Position numbers and translations under genes: made by a program. From positions 1 through 37,502 of the forward strand of contig SBHI01000063.1 in NCBI GenBank assembly GCA_006226225.1: a stretch of 37,502 nt of DNA, in the 5' to 3' direction. The notes beneath the pieces are model-generated. The model did no database searches, was not told where the DNA came from, and worked only from the letters and a program-made list of their open reading frames with translations. This document shows positions 26,686-35,533 of this stretch, piece after piece (within the stretch, counting starts at the first letter, position 1; the number at the start of each line of letters is the position of its first letter). Origin of the DNA: Alphaproteobacteria bacterium (GTDB taxonomy: Bacteria; Pseudomonadota; Alphaproteobacteria; Micavibrionales; CSBR16-224).

Positions 26686-27705
26686 TTACTTCTCGGGATA
26701 GGCGGCGGCAACCTGATTACGGCCGTTTTGTTTGGCGGTGTAAAGCGCCGAATCCGCACGGGAAATCAGGGATTCGACCGTTTCACCGGGCTGCAGTTCG
26801 GCAACGCCGACGGAAAGCGTAATTTTTCCCAGATTCTGGTTGCTGGTTCGATTGATCACTTCACGGCTTTCCACGGATTTGCGCAGAGCATCACCGACAA
26901 CAATACCGGCTTTCAAAGGTGTTTCGGGCAGAATGATCGCAAACTCTTCGCCGCCATAGCGTGCGGCACGGTCACGGCCTTTGACGCCGTCAATCAGACA
27001 GCGTGCGACAAGGCGCAGTACCTGGTCACCGATCTGGTGGCCGAAATTGTCGTTAAAGGGTTTGAAATGGTCGATATCCAGCATCATCAGCACCAGTGAT
27101 TTGCCTTCTTCTTCCGCGCGCATCACAGCTTCCTTCAGATAAATATCAAAGGCGCGGCGGTTTGACAGCCCTGTCAGGCCATCGGTCATGGCTTCATGGC
27201 GGACGGTATCGAGATTCTCTTTCAGGGCGTTGACCTGATTGGAGGAGGTATCAAGCTGCTCTTCCAGCGACTTGTTATATTCCACCATCTTTTTCGTGTC
27301 TTCCGCCAGTGACAGAATGACCTGCTCCAGATCTTCAATGCTTTTTGCCTCTTTCATATGATCGGTCATATCGGAAAGAGAGGAGCCGTAATCGGTTGTG
27401 GCATCCTGCATGCCGCCGACGGCTTCGGAGACTTCCATCAGGGCTTTTTGCAGGTTGTCATTGATTTTGCGCATGGCATCGTCAACGGAAACGCGCGCAA
27501 TGAATTTTTTATGAACCTCCATGCAAAAAGCTTCATCGATCTTTTCTTCATGGCGGTCAATCGCACTGCAGATTTCCGGGTCGCCGTCATAATAACGGTA
27601 CCAAAGCTCGAACATCTCCGGCGAAGGGCGCAGACCTTCTTTGCTGACCCTTTCCCATGCCGCGGCACCGGGATCGTGAATTTTTGTCGGTGATTGTTCT
27701 TCCAT
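26686..27705 (-). CDS. Cytoplasmic diguanylate cyclase (DgcB-like)
   Basis: PSPEMFELWYRY N-terminus, coiled coil, DGLTGLSNRR, DIDHFKPFND.FGH, intact RYGGEEF, ALYTAKQNGRN. Confidence 0.92.
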   Translation of the reverse strand: MEEQSPTKIHDPGAAAWERVSKEGLRPSPEMFELWYRYYDGDPEICSAIDRHEEKIDEAFCMEVHKKFIARVSVDDAMRKINDNLQKALMEVSEAVGGMQDATTDYGSSLSDMTDHMKEAKSIEDLEQVILSLAEDTKKMVEYNKSLEEQLDTSSNQVNALKENLDTVRHEAMTDGLTGLSNRRAFDIYLKEAVMRAEEEGKSLVLMMLDIDHFKPFNDNFGHQIGDQVLRLVARCLIDGVKGRDRAARYGGEEFAIILPETPLKAGIVVGDALRKSVESREVINRTSNQNLGKITLSVGVAELQPGETVESLISRADSALYTAKQNGRNQVAAAYPEK

Positions 27706-27792
27706 AGGTTTTAAATCAATGTGTTTTATGCATTCTTACCGCTCTGCCGTACATATAGTATATACGCACAGAATCATACTATACCATTCAGA

Positions 27793-28368
27793 TTATTTCT
27801 CCAACAAAAAGGAGGCCTTTCCGTAATGAGCAATAACGGCATCCATCGAATCCATGGCGATAAAGCCGCGGTCTTTTTCCTGTGCGAAACCTTCGCTGAT
27901 GATTTTGTCGGCCAATGCGACAAAGGGGTCCCAGTATCCTGTGGTATTCAGCAGCACAACATCCTTGTTATGCAGGCCAAGCATCTTCCATGTCAGGATT
28001 TCAAATGTTTCATCCATTGTGCCGAAACCGCCGGGCAGTACCAGAAAACCGTCCGAGCGTTTTTCCATTAGTGCTTTGCGGTCATGCATGCTTTCCACGA
28101 CAACCAGTTCGGTCAGATGCATATGTTTGGGTTCTTTTTTCTGCAGATGTCCGGGAATGATGCCGATCACATTACCGCCATGTTCCAGCGCAGCGTCTGC
28201 GACAATGCCCATCAGCCCGACACGTCCGCCGCCATAGACGACATCAATGCCGTTCTGCGCCAGCACCTTGCCGCATTCATAAGCCGCGTCTTTGTAAATA
28301 TCACTCACATTGGAGGAGGCACCGCAATAAACGCAAACGGTGCGATTTTGTTGTTTTGTTATTGCCAT
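27793..28368 (-). CDS. LOG family nucleotide monophosphate nucleosidase
   Basis: VCVYCGAS, YGGGRVGLMG, MHDRK, PGGFGTMDE. Confidence 0.93.
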   Translation of the reverse strand: MAITKQQNRTVCVYCGASSNVSDIYKDAAYECGKVLAQNGIDVVYGGGRVGLMGIVADAALEHGGNVIGIIPGHLQKKEPKHMHLTELVVVESMHDRKALMEKRSDGFLVLPGGFGTMDETFEILTWKMLGLHNKDVVLLNTTGYWDPFVALADKIISEGFAQEKDRGFIAMDSMDAVIAHYGKASFLLEK

Positions 28369-28446
28369 TTTTACCGTGATTGAGTAAGTATTGTTCTCGT
28401 TTCAAGCGAGACAAAATGGCATAAATTAGGCGCGGGGGTCAAGGCT

Positions 28447-29280
28447 TTGCGTAGCAAAACAGACGAAAAAGACGAAAAAAACGACGAAACAGAGGCAAAA
28501 CCGCAGGAAACGCGGGACTCGCTGCCGGACTGGCTAAAAGCTGTGAAATCAGTGGTTTGTCAGGCGGCAAAAACGCTTGTCGTGCCTGTGCATCCGGCGG
28601 GCTGGCCGTTTATCGCAGGCTTTGCTATCGTCTCGGTACTGCTGGCACTGTTGTCCGAATTTCTCGGCTTTGCGGGGCTGGTGCTGACGCTGTGGTGCGT
28701 TTATTTCTTCCGCGATCCCGTACGGGTCACACCGTCACGCGAGGGGCTTGTCATCAGCCCGGCAGACGGTATTGTACAGGCAATCGGTAAGGCTGAATTG
28801 CCGGCGGAAATCGACAGCGACGGCTACGAAGATGATCCTTTGTTCAAAGCGAAAACTTTGACGCGCATCAGTGTTTTCCTGAATGTTTTTGATGTGCATG
28901 TGAACCGTGTGCCTGCCGATGGCGAAGTGACGCAGGTGCTGTATCATCCGGGGAAATTCCTGAATGCCGCACTGGATAAAGCCAGTCTGGAAAACGAACG
29001 CGCCACGGTGGTAATGAAACTCGCCTCCAAGGACAGTTCCATCGCTTTTGTACAGATCGCCGGACTCGTAGCGCGGCGTATTTTATGTGATGCTAAAAAA
29101 GGCACGGCATACAAAGCAGGCGAGCGCTTCGGTATTATCCGTTTCGGCAGCCGGATGGATATTTATCTGCCGCCGCGCACGATGCCGTTGGTGACCGTCG
29201 GCCAACACATGATCGGCGGCGAAACCGTTCTGGCCGATTTACAATCCAGTGAAAAAACCCGTGAGGGGGAGATCCGCTAG
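28447..29280 (+). CDS. psd: Phosphatidylserine decarboxylase proenzyme
   Basis: YFFRDP.R, SPADG, FLNVFDVHVNRVP, QIAGLVARRI, RFGSR cleavage site. The TTG start is uncertain. Confidence 0.93.
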   Translation: MRSKTDEKDEKNDETEAKPQETRDSLPDWLKAVKSVVCQAAKTLVVPVHPAGWPFIAGFAIVSVLLALLSEFLGFAGLVLTLWCVYFFRDPVRVTPSREGLVISPADGIVQAIGKAELPAEIDSDGYEDDPLFKAKTLTRISVFLNVFDVHVNRVPADGEVTQVLYHPGKFLNAALDKASLENERATVVMKLASKDSSIAFVQIAGLVARRILCDAKKGTAYKAGERFGIIRFGSRMDIYLPPRTMPLVTVGQHMIGGETVLADLQSSEKTREGEIR

Positions 29281-29281
29281 A

Positions 29282-30115
29282 ATGGCGATACGCAAGCGCA
29301 AAACGGCTCAGGAAAAAGGAGCGAAAGGCGCAAAGATGACGTCTTTCCACCGCCTTGTTCCCAATATGATTACCATTGCCGCACTTTGCGCGGGCATGTC
29401 GGCGATGCAGTTTGCCATTGCCGGACGTTTTGAAGCCGCCGTGTTGGCGATTGTCATCGCGGCATTTCTGGATGCGTTTGACGGTGCGGCAGCGCGGCTT
29501 TTGAAAGCGCAAAGCGCGCTGGGGGCCGAGCTCGACTCACTGTCGGATTTCCTGTGTTTCGGTGTGGCACCGGCAATGGTGCTGCATTCATGGTCACTGC
29601 ATTTTGCCGGACGTCTCGGCTGGGTGATTGCGCTGGCCTTTGCCATTGCGGTCGCGTTACGGCTTGCCCGTTTCAATGCTGCCGGTAAGGAAAATCCCGA
29701 TGCCAATCACAGCTTTTTCTGCGGCGTGCCGTCTCCGACGGGGGCGGGAATGTCCTTGCTGCCGCTGATCATTCATTTCCAGATGGAAAAGCCCGCTGCG
29801 GGAGAGATCGGCATGATGCAGCATCCCGAAGTCGTGGGTGTGTGGATGTTGCTGTTTGCGTGGCTGATGGTCAGCCATGTGCCGACCTTTTCAACCAAGC
29901 AAATCCGCCTGCCGCCCAAGTTTGTTATTCCGGCGCTGGGGGCGTTTGGTCTTCTGGTGGCCGGACTGATTAATGCGCCTTGGCCGACATTGGCGGCAAT
30001 GGGAATCGCCTATGGTGCGACAATACCGCTGGCGGTCTGGACAGCTCACCGCAAACAGAAAAAAGCGGCGGCATCCGCTGACCACGGTACAGAAGAAGGA
30101 AAAACGGATTCATGA
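29282..30115 (+). CDS. pssA: CDP-diacylglycerol--serine O-phosphatidyltransferase
   Basis: PNMIT, DAFDGAAAR..GAELDSLSD CDP-alcohol motif, RLARFN, FFCGVPSP. Start moved to ATG 29282. Confidence 0.92.
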   Translation: MAIRKRKTAQEKGAKGAKMTSFHRLVPNMITIAALCAGMSAMQFAIAGRFEAAVLAIVIAAFLDAFDGAAARLLKAQSALGAELDSLSDFLCFGVAPAMVLHSWSLHFAGRLGWVIALAFAIAVALRLARFNAAGKENPDANHSFFCGVPSPTGAGMSLLPLIIHFQMEKPAAGEIGMMQHPEVVGVWMLLFAWLMVSHVPTFSTKQIRLPPKFVIPALGAFGLLVAGLINAPWPTLAAMGIAYGATIPLAVWTAHRKQKKAAASADHGTEEGKTDS

Positions 30116-30753
30116 CATTGCACCAGTCCGAAGTTGAGGAGTTGCAAAACAGCGATGTACGCATCAGTGGACGGGAGCGTCTGCATGACGGCTACCGCAA
30201 GATTGACCGTTACAGCTTTACGCACCGTGCCATGAATCCTGATGCCGATGAATGGCTGCCGGTAATGAAGCGTGAAATGTGCCGCATGTCAGAGGCCTCT
30301 GTGGTGCTGCTTTATCATCCGGAATCGGACAGCGTGCTGTTAAGCCGCCAGTTCCGTCTGGGCGCGGTTTTGCGCAACGAGGATGATCCCTTTATGATCG
30401 AATGTGCGGCGGGATGTGTCGATGATAATGAAACACCCGAACAGGCAGCGCGGCGCGAAAGCTTTGAAGAAACAGGATCGGAGATTGTCGATCTGGAATA
30501 TATCGGCCATTCTTTTCCCAGTGCGGGATCAACAGATGAGGAATGTTATTTCTATTGCGCACGTATTGCGGAAATTCCTGCACAGCGCTATCACGGTCTT
30601 GCCGAAGAAGGGGAGGAAATCGAAACCTTCACTGTGAAACCCGCCGAAATTGCTGCACTTCTTGATGAAGATCAAGTGCACAATTCCAATGCGCTGATTT
30701 TATTGAACTGGTTTTTGCGCCACCATGCGCGCCTTCAGGAAAAATGGGGTTAA
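30112..30753 (+). CDS. NUDIX hydrolase (NudF/NudK-like nucleoside-diphosphate-sugar pyrophosphatase)
   Basis: RQFR, Nudix box GCVDDNETPEQAARRESFEETG, HGLAEEGEEIE. ATGA overlap with pssA. Confidence 0.88.
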   Translation: MTLHQSEVEELQNSDVRISGRERLHDGYRKIDRYSFTHRAMNPDADEWLPVMKREMCRMSEASVVLLYHPESDSVLLSRQFRLGAVLRNEDDPFMIECAAGCVDDNETPEQAARRESFEETGSEIVDLEYIGHSFPSAGSTDEECYFYCARIAEIPAQRYHGLAEEGEEIETFTVKPAEIAALLDEDQVHNSNALILLNWFLRHHARLQEKWG

Positions 30754-30773
30754 GATAAACAACGGAGAATACG

Positions 30774-31601
30774 ATGGATGCGCTGATTACAACAGAGGAA
30801 CTGGCCGCAATTCTGGATAATCCGGAGGTAAAACTACTGGACGGCACCTATATTCTGTCCGGCGCAGCGCAACCTGAAACCGCGCATCTTAGAATCGGAA
30901 ATGCCGTTCCGTTCGATATTGACGACATCGCAGACCCCGCTGCGGAATATGCGCATACAATGCCGGATGCGGCGCTTTTTGCGAAAAAACTCGGCGCGCT
31001 CGGTATCACGGAAACAGACCATATTATTGTCTATGCACAGATGAATACCGGCTTGGCGGCCTGCCGCGTCTGGTGGATGCTGCGGGCTTTTGGTCATGAA
31101 AATGTGCAAATTCTTGACGGCGGGCTGGCGAAATGGCTGCGCGAAGGGCGCACGGTCTCTGTCGGCCCTGCACAGCCCGAACCGGTGGAATATAAAGCCG
31201 TTTTTCATCCTGAGCTTGTTTATGATGCGGCAAAAATCGAAGGTTGTTTGCAGGAAAAAGACACGGTTCTCATTGATGCCCGCGACAATCTGCGTTTTGT
31301 CGAACACGGACGGATCCCCGGCTCTGTGAATTTGCCGTTTATGTCGTTTCTTGCGGAAGACGGATGTTTCCTTCCGCTGGAGACCTGCCGCAAGATGTTT
31401 GCGGATGCGGGTGTTCTGAATGTGAAAAACATTGTTGCGACTTGCGGCAGCGGTGTAACGGCATGTGTTTTGGCTTTTTTGCTGTTCCGGATGGGGCGCA
31501 AGGATGTGGCGGTGTATGACGGGTCGTGGACGGAGTGGGGCGCTTGCGCCCATTTGCCCAAGGAAAAGGGCGCGACAACAAGGGGAGCCGCGACAGCATG
31601 A
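30774..31601 (+). CDS. sseA: 3-mercaptopyruvate sulfurtransferase (tandem rhodanese)
   Basis: RVWWMLRAFGH, LDGGLAKW, active-site CGSGVTA, VYDGSWTEW. Confidence 0.92.
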   Translation: MDALITTEELAAILDNPEVKLLDGTYILSGAAQPETAHLRIGNAVPFDIDDIADPAAEYAHTMPDAALFAKKLGALGITETDHIIVYAQMNTGLAACRVWWMLRAFGHENVQILDGGLAKWLREGRTVSVGPAQPEPVEYKAVFHPELVYDAAKIEGCLQEKDTVLIDARDNLRFVEHGRIPGSVNLPFMSFLAEDGCFLPLETCRKMFADAGVLNVKNIVATCGSGVTACVLAFLLFRMGRKDVAVYDGSWTEWGACAHLPKEKGATTRGAATA

Positions 31602-32770
31602 GTGAAAAACCGACGGATAAACATGCCAAAACGCTTTTGGCGCATTTGGGGTCACAGCCGTTGCGCTATGACGGTGTTGTTAATACGCCGGTGCACCGTG
31701 CCTCGACCTTTGTGATCGATACTTACGAGCATTTTCTGAACTGTTTTGAGGCGCCTTACCGTTACGGGCGGGAAAGCACGCCGTCCTCAACGGCGTTTGA
31801 ACAGGCAATTGCTGCGCTGGACGGTGCGGCAGGCTGTGTCGTGACCTCATCGGGGCTGGCGGCAATTAACGGTGCCATTATGGCCTTTGTCACAGCGGGT
31901 GATCATATTCTGCTGCCGGATAATTTTTACGGTTTTGCCCGCGACTTCTGCAACCGCACGATGGCGCGCTTCGGGATCGAAGTTGAATATTACGATCCGA
32001 TGATTGGCGCAGAGATCGAAAAACAGGTGAAAAAGAATACGAAAATCCTGTATCTGGAATCGCCGGGTTCTTTAAGCTACGAGGTGCAGGATATCGGTGC
32101 TTTTGTCGCCGTCGCCAAAAAACATGACCTGATTACGATCATTGATAACAGCTGGGGAACGCCGCTGCATCTGAGGCCGCTGGAACTGGGGATTGATATC
32201 TCCATCATGTCGGCAACGAAATATATTTCCGGCCATTCCGATATGATGCTGGGTGTGATTTCCTGTAATGAGAAAACCTTTAAACCGACGCGCGACACCA
32301 TCCGCCAGCTCGGCAATTGTGCGGGCTCCGAGGAGCTTTATCTCGGTCTGCGCGGCTTGCGCACGCTGGATGTACGCATGGATCGTCACCGTGAAAGCGG
32401 TCTGGTACTGGCAAAATGGTTGTCAGGCCATGATGCCGTGAAAAAGGTGCTGCATCCGGCGTTGCCGGAATCGCCCGGTCATGAAAACTGGAAGAAATAT
32501 TTCAAAGGCACCTCCGGCGTTTTCGCCATTGTGCTGAAGGAAACCGACCGCACGAAAATCGCGGCAATGCTGGACGGCATGGATATTTTCAAAATGGGTT
32601 TCAGCTGGGGCGGTTATGAATCGCTGCTGTTCCCCGAACAGCTGAATGCCGCACGCATCACCAAACCCTGGGAGGGGGATGGTTTTCTGCTGCGTATCCA
32701 TCCCGGTCTTGAGGATGTCGAGGATCTGCAGGCTGATCTGGAAAGCGGTCTGGAACGTCTTGCCGCCTAA
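31598..32770 (+). CDS. metC: Cystathionine beta-lyase
   Basis: VNTPVHRAST, SGLAA, ESPGS, DNSW, SATKYISGHSD PLP lysine, GFSWGGYESL. Start moved to ATG 31598 (ATGA overlap). Confidence 0.92.
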   Translation: MSEKPTDKHAKTLLAHLGSQPLRYDGVVNTPVHRASTFVIDTYEHFLNCFEAPYRYGRESTPSSTAFEQAIAALDGAAGCVVTSSGLAAINGAIMAFVTAGDHILLPDNFYGFARDFCNRTMARFGIEVEYYDPMIGAEIEKQVKKNTKILYLESPGSLSYEVQDIGAFVAVAKKHDLITIIDNSWGTPLHLRPLELGIDISIMSATKYISGHSDMMLGVISCNEKTFKPTRDTIRQLGNCAGSEELYLGLRGLRTLDVRMDRHRESGLVLAKWLSGHDAVKKVLHPALPESPGHENWKKYFKGTSGVFAIVLKETDRTKIAAMLDGMDIFKMGFSWGGYESLLFPEQLNAARITKPWEGDGFLLRIHPGLEDVEDLQADLESGLERLAA

Positions 32771-32784
32771 GGCTGCATAAAGGC

Positions 32785-32812
32785 TTGCAATTTTATGCGG
32801 GATTGCTATAAA
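32785..32812 (+). promoter_or_regulatory. Putative sigma70 promoter of tRNA-Gly
   Basis: TTGCAA-N16-TATAAA. The -35 box is flanked by a GCATAAA/TTTATGC inverted repeat. Confidence 0.45.
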
Positions 32813-32835
32813 TATGTCCTGATTACAGCATCGAT

Positions 32836-32909
32836 GCGGGTGTAGCTTAATGGTAAAGCCCTAGCCTTCCAAGCTAGTTACGTGGGTTCGATTCCCATCA
32901 CCCGCTCCA
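32836..32909 (+). tRNA. tRNA-Gly (TCC)
   Basis: Acceptor stem GCGGGTG/CACCCGC, anticodon arm CTAGC-CTTCCAA-GCTAG, T-loop GTTCGATTC, encoded CCA; 74 nt. Confidence 0.97.
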
Positions 32910-32947
32910 CTTTCCCGCAAAATCTTTTCAAAACAGGGGATGTTTCC

Positions 32948-33700
32948 ATGAAAAAATTTCTCGCATTTATCCTTATTCTCGCAGCCATCGGCGGCGGCGT
33001 ATATTTCTATATGGGCACGATGCTCAAACCGATGGTTGAGAAAGTCGCCAGCCATGCGCTGGGTACTAAGGTGACACTGGCGGCGCTGGATGTGTCCATT
33101 GCCGAGAAAAAAGTAACGGTAAAAGGCATCCAGATTAATAACCCGCAAGGCGCCTTCCAATCTCCGTATTTCCTGCATGCCGATACGGTCAGCGTGACGG
33201 CGCGTGATTTGACAGGTGCGGTGCTGGCGCTGGGTGAGATCGTGGTCGACGGTGTCGATATCCGTTACGAAGTGCGGAAGGGCGGCACCAATCTGGGTGC
33301 CTTGCAGGATAATATCAAAGCGGGGCAATCCGGCGGCTCTGCCTCATCCGGCGGCAAAGACCTTGTGATTGACCGGCTGCAGCTGAGCAATATCTCCGTG
33401 ACACCGCTGGCGGCTGTTGCCAAAATCAGCGGGCAGGGCAGCGCGAAAATACCGGATATCGTTTTGAAAAATATCGGCAGCGATAAAAAACCCGCAACGG
33501 CGGAGCAAGTCTTAACGCAAGTCATGGACAGGCTGGCACGCAGCACAATGAAAGTCGTGACGGAAAAGGGGCTGGGCGATACGTTCTTTAAAGGCGTGCG
33601 CAGCATTACCGATGGCGCAGCCGGCACTATTCCCGAAAGCGATATGGATCAGCGCATGGATAAGGCGCGTGATTTAATGAAGGGTGTCCTCGGGCATTAA
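32948..33700 (+). CDS. AsmA/DUF748-like membrane-anchored protein
   Basis: AGGGGA Shine-Dalgarno before ATG 32948. N-terminal TM, LGTKVTL, GIQINNPQG.F, GTNL..LQ, IPDIVLKNIG. Confidence 0.7.
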   Translation: MKKFLAFILILAAIGGGVYFYMGTMLKPMVEKVASHALGTKVTLAALDVSIAEKKVTVKGIQINNPQGAFQSPYFLHADTVSVTARDLTGAVLALGEIVVDGVDIRYEVRKGGTNLGALQDNIKAGQSGGSASSGGKDLVIDRLQLSNISVTPLAAVAKISGQGSAKIPDIVLKNIGSDKKPATAEQVLTQVMDRLARSTMKVVTEKGLGDTFFKGVRSITDGAAGTIPESDMDQRMDKARDLMKGVLGH

Positions 33701-33712
33701 CGGAGCAACCTC

Positions 33713-33952
33713 ATGTCTGGCACCAGTTTTATCATTACCGGTAATAAGACGACGTTTTCGCGGATCAAATCCCTGTCCGAGCACTTCTCAAAAGTCACCG
33801 CCAGCGATGCCAAAAAATTTACGGTGACGGTCGAAGAAAACCCGACGGGCTATTTCAAGCAAAAGCTCGACAGCCTTGGCGCGACCGTGCGCAGGGAATA
33901 TAAATATGACGGATATGATGATCCCTATCACAATCCGCCCTATTACTGTTAG
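33713..33952 (+). CDS. Small hypothetical protein (79 aa)
   Basis: GGAG Shine-Dalgarno. Fills the gap between neighbouring genes without overlap. Confidence 0.6.
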   Translation: MSGTSFIITGNKTTFSRIKSLSEHFSKVTASDAKKFTVTVEENPTGYFKQKLDSLGATVRREYKYDGYDDPYHNPPYYC

Positions 33953-33958
33953 GGCTGC

Positions 33959-34426
33959 TCAGCGGCGGCGGTGATCGCGATAATTGTCCAGAACGCGCCG
34001 CATAACTTCAAGCTGGCGCTCTCTCTGCCGCTCTGCAGCGCTGGCCTTTGCTGCACGGTGGGCTTTGTGATACCCGTCAAATTCTTTCTGTGACAGGGTA
34101 ATCAGCGTGGCATCCATAATATTGTTCATATCGTTATAAAGATGCTTCACACGCGGATTCTTTGACTGGCGCACGGCCTTGTGACTGTTCAGCAGCATAT
34201 CTTCAACTTTTTCCAGCGGCGCATTGAAAATCACGAAACGCTTTTCCCCGCCCTTATGCGGGGTCAGCTCCACGCAGGTACGCGGCGTGTCTTTGCCCAA
34301 AACGGGGTGGTAGTCATAGCGGTGGATGTTATAGACATTCTCGGCATTCATGTAAAAGCCGCCTTCACGGATGGTTAGTCTTTCCTCCGTTTCTTTTACA
34401 ACGATATGAGCCTTGATATAGGGCAT
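33959..34426 (-). CDS. Hypothetical protein with an Arg-rich C-terminal helix
   Basis: GAGAG Shine-Dalgarno, 155 aa, ends in RQRERQLEVMRRVLDNYRDHRRR. Confidence 0.7.
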   Translation of the reverse strand: MPYIKAHIVVKETEERLTIREGGFYMNAENVYNIHRYDYHPVLGKDTPRTCVELTPHKGGEKRFVIFNAPLEKVEDMLLNSHKAVRQSKNPRVKHLYNDMNNIMDATLITLSQKEFDGYHKAHRAAKASAAERQRERQLEVMRRVLDNYRDHRRR

Positions 34427-34487
34427 GTCTGCTCTCGCTGAAACTTGTATTACAACTGAAGGAATATAACAAAATTATATAATTATG

Positions 34488-34691
34488 TCAATCTGAGACG
34501 GGCTTGTCGATGCGGGCATGGGTAAAAACGGCAATGTCTTTAATCGGGATTTTGCCGCGTTCCTGCAAATGCAGCCAGCTGCCTTTTTTATCCAGAAAAC
34601 GGTCGACAAACTCCGTGCCGTCACGCAGCTGGATATAGACTTTCTTGTTTTTCTGCGTCGAATAGTGACTGGGGGAGCGTTTTTTTGCCAT
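34488..34691 (-). CDS. Small basic protein, possibly Sm/SH3-like fold
   Basis: 67 aa. KKVYIQLRDGTEFVDRF resembles the Sm1 beta-hairpin. Weak Shine-Dalgarno. Confidence 0.5.
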   Translation of the reverse strand: MAKKRSPSHYSTQKNKKVYIQLRDGTEFVDRFLDKKGSWLHLQERGKIPIKDIAVFTHARIDKPVSD

Positions 34692-34912
34692 GTCGCGTCT
34701 TTCATTTGCCCGTACACTTTGTTAACCATCGTTTCGCCGTGCTCATGTATTTCTATACACTCCGCGCGGCTTACCTCGGTTGCCGCCTGTACGAACAAAG
34801 CAAAAACGCTTCGCGGCAATATAACAGCTTTCATGGGGCAAGACAAAACTCTTGCGGGCGCCGGATTAAATATGTTAATAAAAGATCTTGTTTATCAAAG
34901 GAAAACGGCGAA

Positions 34913-35428
34913 ATGGGCAGTTTCAGATTCGGCGATCCCGATACGGATTTGCGTTATGCGGTGAATATCACTCTTGGCAACGGCAATGACAGCGAAGCCG
35001 CGCTGATGGCGGCCTGCGCATTGCTGAACGGTGCCAATCCCGATATTATCGTTGATGAAATGATGGGCTATACCGCTTTGGCGGCCAGCACGGTCTCCGG
35101 CGGCATGGAAACCATCAATATTTTGCTGAAAAACAATGCCGACCCGAATATTTCCTCCACCTATTACGGCACGCCGCTGACGCATCATTTGTGGCAGATT
35201 TTCGAGCCGGTAAAGCCTGAACTGGTCAAACTGTTGCTGGATCACGGCGCACGACCCGATATTCCCAACCGCGAAGGCAAAACGGCGCTGGATTATGCGC
35301 GTGAGCGGGAGCTGCCTGAGATCGTGCATATGTGTGAAGATTTTCTGCTTGGCGAAAGCGGTCAAAAGGATCTGCGCCGCCAAAATCGTCAGAATGCCTT
35401 GCGCCGCTATCTGCGCCGTCCGAAATAA
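34913..35428 (+). CDS. Ankyrin repeat protein
   Basis: AAGGA upstream of ATG 34913. LLNGANPD, GYTALAAS..LLKNNADPN, LLLDHGARPDIPNREGKTALDYA. Ends in NALRRYLRRPK. Confidence 0.87.
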   Translation: MGSFRFGDPDTDLRYAVNITLGNGNDSEAALMAACALLNGANPDIIVDEMMGYTALAASTVSGGMETINILLKNNADPNISSTYYGTPLTHHLWQIFEPVKPELVKLLLDHGARPDIPNREGKTALDYARERELPEIVHMCEDFLLGESGQKDLRRQNRQNALRRYLRRPK

Positions 35429-35462
35429 CCCGTTTCCGCCGTGTTTTTTTCTTTTAATTTTA

Positions 35463-35491
35463 TTGCGATATGTAAAATATTATGATAGGAT
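35463..35491 (+). promoter_or_regulatory. Putative sigma70 promoter
   Basis: TTGCGA-N17-TAGGAT in AT-rich intergenic DNA; same -10 hexamer as the petA candidate. Confidence 0.45.
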
Positions 35492-35533
35492 AAGGCTTGT
35501 TTTTGAATAGGCGGAACAGGCGGTTTAACGGGA

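Noticed and set aside
32882-32947. N-terminal extension of the 272-aa ORF, and the minus-strand ORF 32861-33328
   Set aside because: Both overlap the tRNA-Gly gene; ATG 32948 has a Shine-Dalgarno and starts with a TM segment.
34866-34878. TTAA-ATATG-TTAA as a CtrA box before the ankyrin gene
   Set aside because: The spacer is 5 nt rather than 7.
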